A program made the position numbers and the translations under genes. The notes under the pieces are model-generated. The model was not told where the DNA came from. It saw only the letters and a list, made by a program, of their open reading frames with translations, and did not search any database. Below, piece by piece: positions 63,377-64,000 of a stretch of 64,000 bases of DNA. Location of the stretch: assembly GCA_023247795.1 (NCBI GenBank), contig JAHFFT010000009.1, positions 578 through 64,577 on the forward strand. Reading direction: 5' to 3'. This DNA comes from Candidatus Omnitrophota bacterium (lineage in GTDB: Bacteria; Omnitrophota; Gorgyraeia; Zapsychrales; JANLHA01). Each line of letters starts with the position of its first letter. Within the stretch, counting starts at the first letter, position 1.

Positions 63377-64000
63377 AAAAACCCGCCATGGACATCATCA
63401 AAAAATTACAAAATTTGGACCTCAACGACCTGAAAAATATTGACCTCAAAGAGATCAATTACGAAAAAATCCTCACCTTTTTCAAAACGCATCTTGATAA
63501 AACCATTGTCGCGGCATCCGTTTTAGCAACTCTGTTTTTTTCCTTTCAATATTTTATCAAAAAACACGCTGAAATCACGACGGTCAGCAATCAAATCACC
63601 CAACTCGAAAAAAAAATCGCCGCCATCAAAGAATACGACGCTGTTGACAAAAAAAACAATGACTTTCTCAATCTGATTCCTCCCACCGTCAACGATGAAG
63701 ATTTCATGAACAAATTGACCGATTTCGCGGACAAACGCAATATCCAAATCAAGTCCTTTGCCCCGACCAAACGCCAAGAGATGAAACTTTATGACGCCAG
63801 CTCCCTCAATTTGAACGTTACGATCCAAGACTATAAAAACTTGTGGCTTTTTATTCATGACATTGAAACATCCCCTTTAAACATTCGAATTGATTTGCTG
63901 ACCTGCCGCGTCGGGCCCGGGGGGGGAAACAGGCGATCTCAGCCAGAGGTCCCGATGGAAAACGAAATCAAAAACCCCATTGATGTTCAATTGGGAATTT
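63373..64000 (+). CDS. PilO-like membrane-anchored protein, 3'-truncated by the window end
   Basis: ATG at 63373 overlaps the preceding stop. TM helix IVAASVLATLFFSFQYFI, then a coiled coil (ITQLEKKIAAIKEY). Its position after the PilM/N fusion points to PilO. This frame is not in the ORF track because there is no stop inside the window. Confidence 0.4.
   Translation, partial: MKKPAMDIIKKLQNLDLNDLKNIDLKEINYEKILTFFKTHLDKTIVAASVLATLFFSFQYFIKKHAEITTVSNQITQLEKKIAAIKEYDAVDKKNNDFLNLIPPTVNDEDFMNKLTDFADKRNIQIKSFAPTKRQEMKLYDASSLNLNVTIQDYKNLWLFIHDIETSPLNIRIDLLTCRVGPGGGNRRSQPEVPMENEIKNPIDVQLGI

Noticed and set aside
1-64000. CRISPR arrays, rRNA or tRNA genes
   Set aside because: No regularly spaced direct repeats were found. 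No cloverleaf-like sequences were found in the few intergenic gaps (2177-2494, 5816-5947, 30480-30585, 38716-38829, 54060-54177, 61689-61867).

Overview
This 64 kb window is a chromosomal segment of a moderately low-GC (roughly 40-45%) Gram-negative-type bacterium. It is mostly tightly packed core genes on the + strand, plus a small accessory patch at the 5' end.

Core content, in order:
- miaB, nadA, metXW
- an Fe-S cluster neighbourhood: tandem CDGSH proteins, nfu, rrf2-sufBCDS, moaA, a moaE-moeB-rhodanese fusion, fdx-ispH and ispG
- a folM-folB-folK-like pterin cluster
- fabG-acpP-fabF, asd, truA, rplM-rpsI
- a full argCJBDFGH operon, followed by lysA-dapF-dapA-dapB-dapL, a folK-panC fusion and nadX
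- uvrA
- a terminal TPR/ExbB-ExbD/TonB-like/PilM-N/PilO envelope cluster

The first ~3.4 kb is a mobile-element junkyard:
- an ISL3-family transposase, frameshifted at an A8 run, with its left end cut by the window edge
- a truncated RhuM-family gene fragment
- a hairpin-rich intergenic stretch
- an apparently intact two-gene module, translationally coupled by a 20-nt overlap. The second gene has the GS...DxD signature of the nucleotidyltransferase fold (nucleotidyltransferase is abbreviated NTase from here on). The promoter is bracketed by an inverted-repeat operator.

That two-gene module is my best candidate for an undescribed toxin-antitoxin or abortive-infection-like system.

Other notable items:
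- a 1281-aa secreted protein that combines a gluzincin-like HExxH..E motif with a C-terminal Rossmann methyltransferase-like domain
- a small duplicated lysine-rich protein
- an unannotated 59-aa tautomerase ORF
- a perfect 30-bp palindrome whose half-site recurs 21 kb away

No rRNA, tRNA or CRISPR array was seen. All product calls come from motif recognition by eye in the supplied translations; no database search was run.
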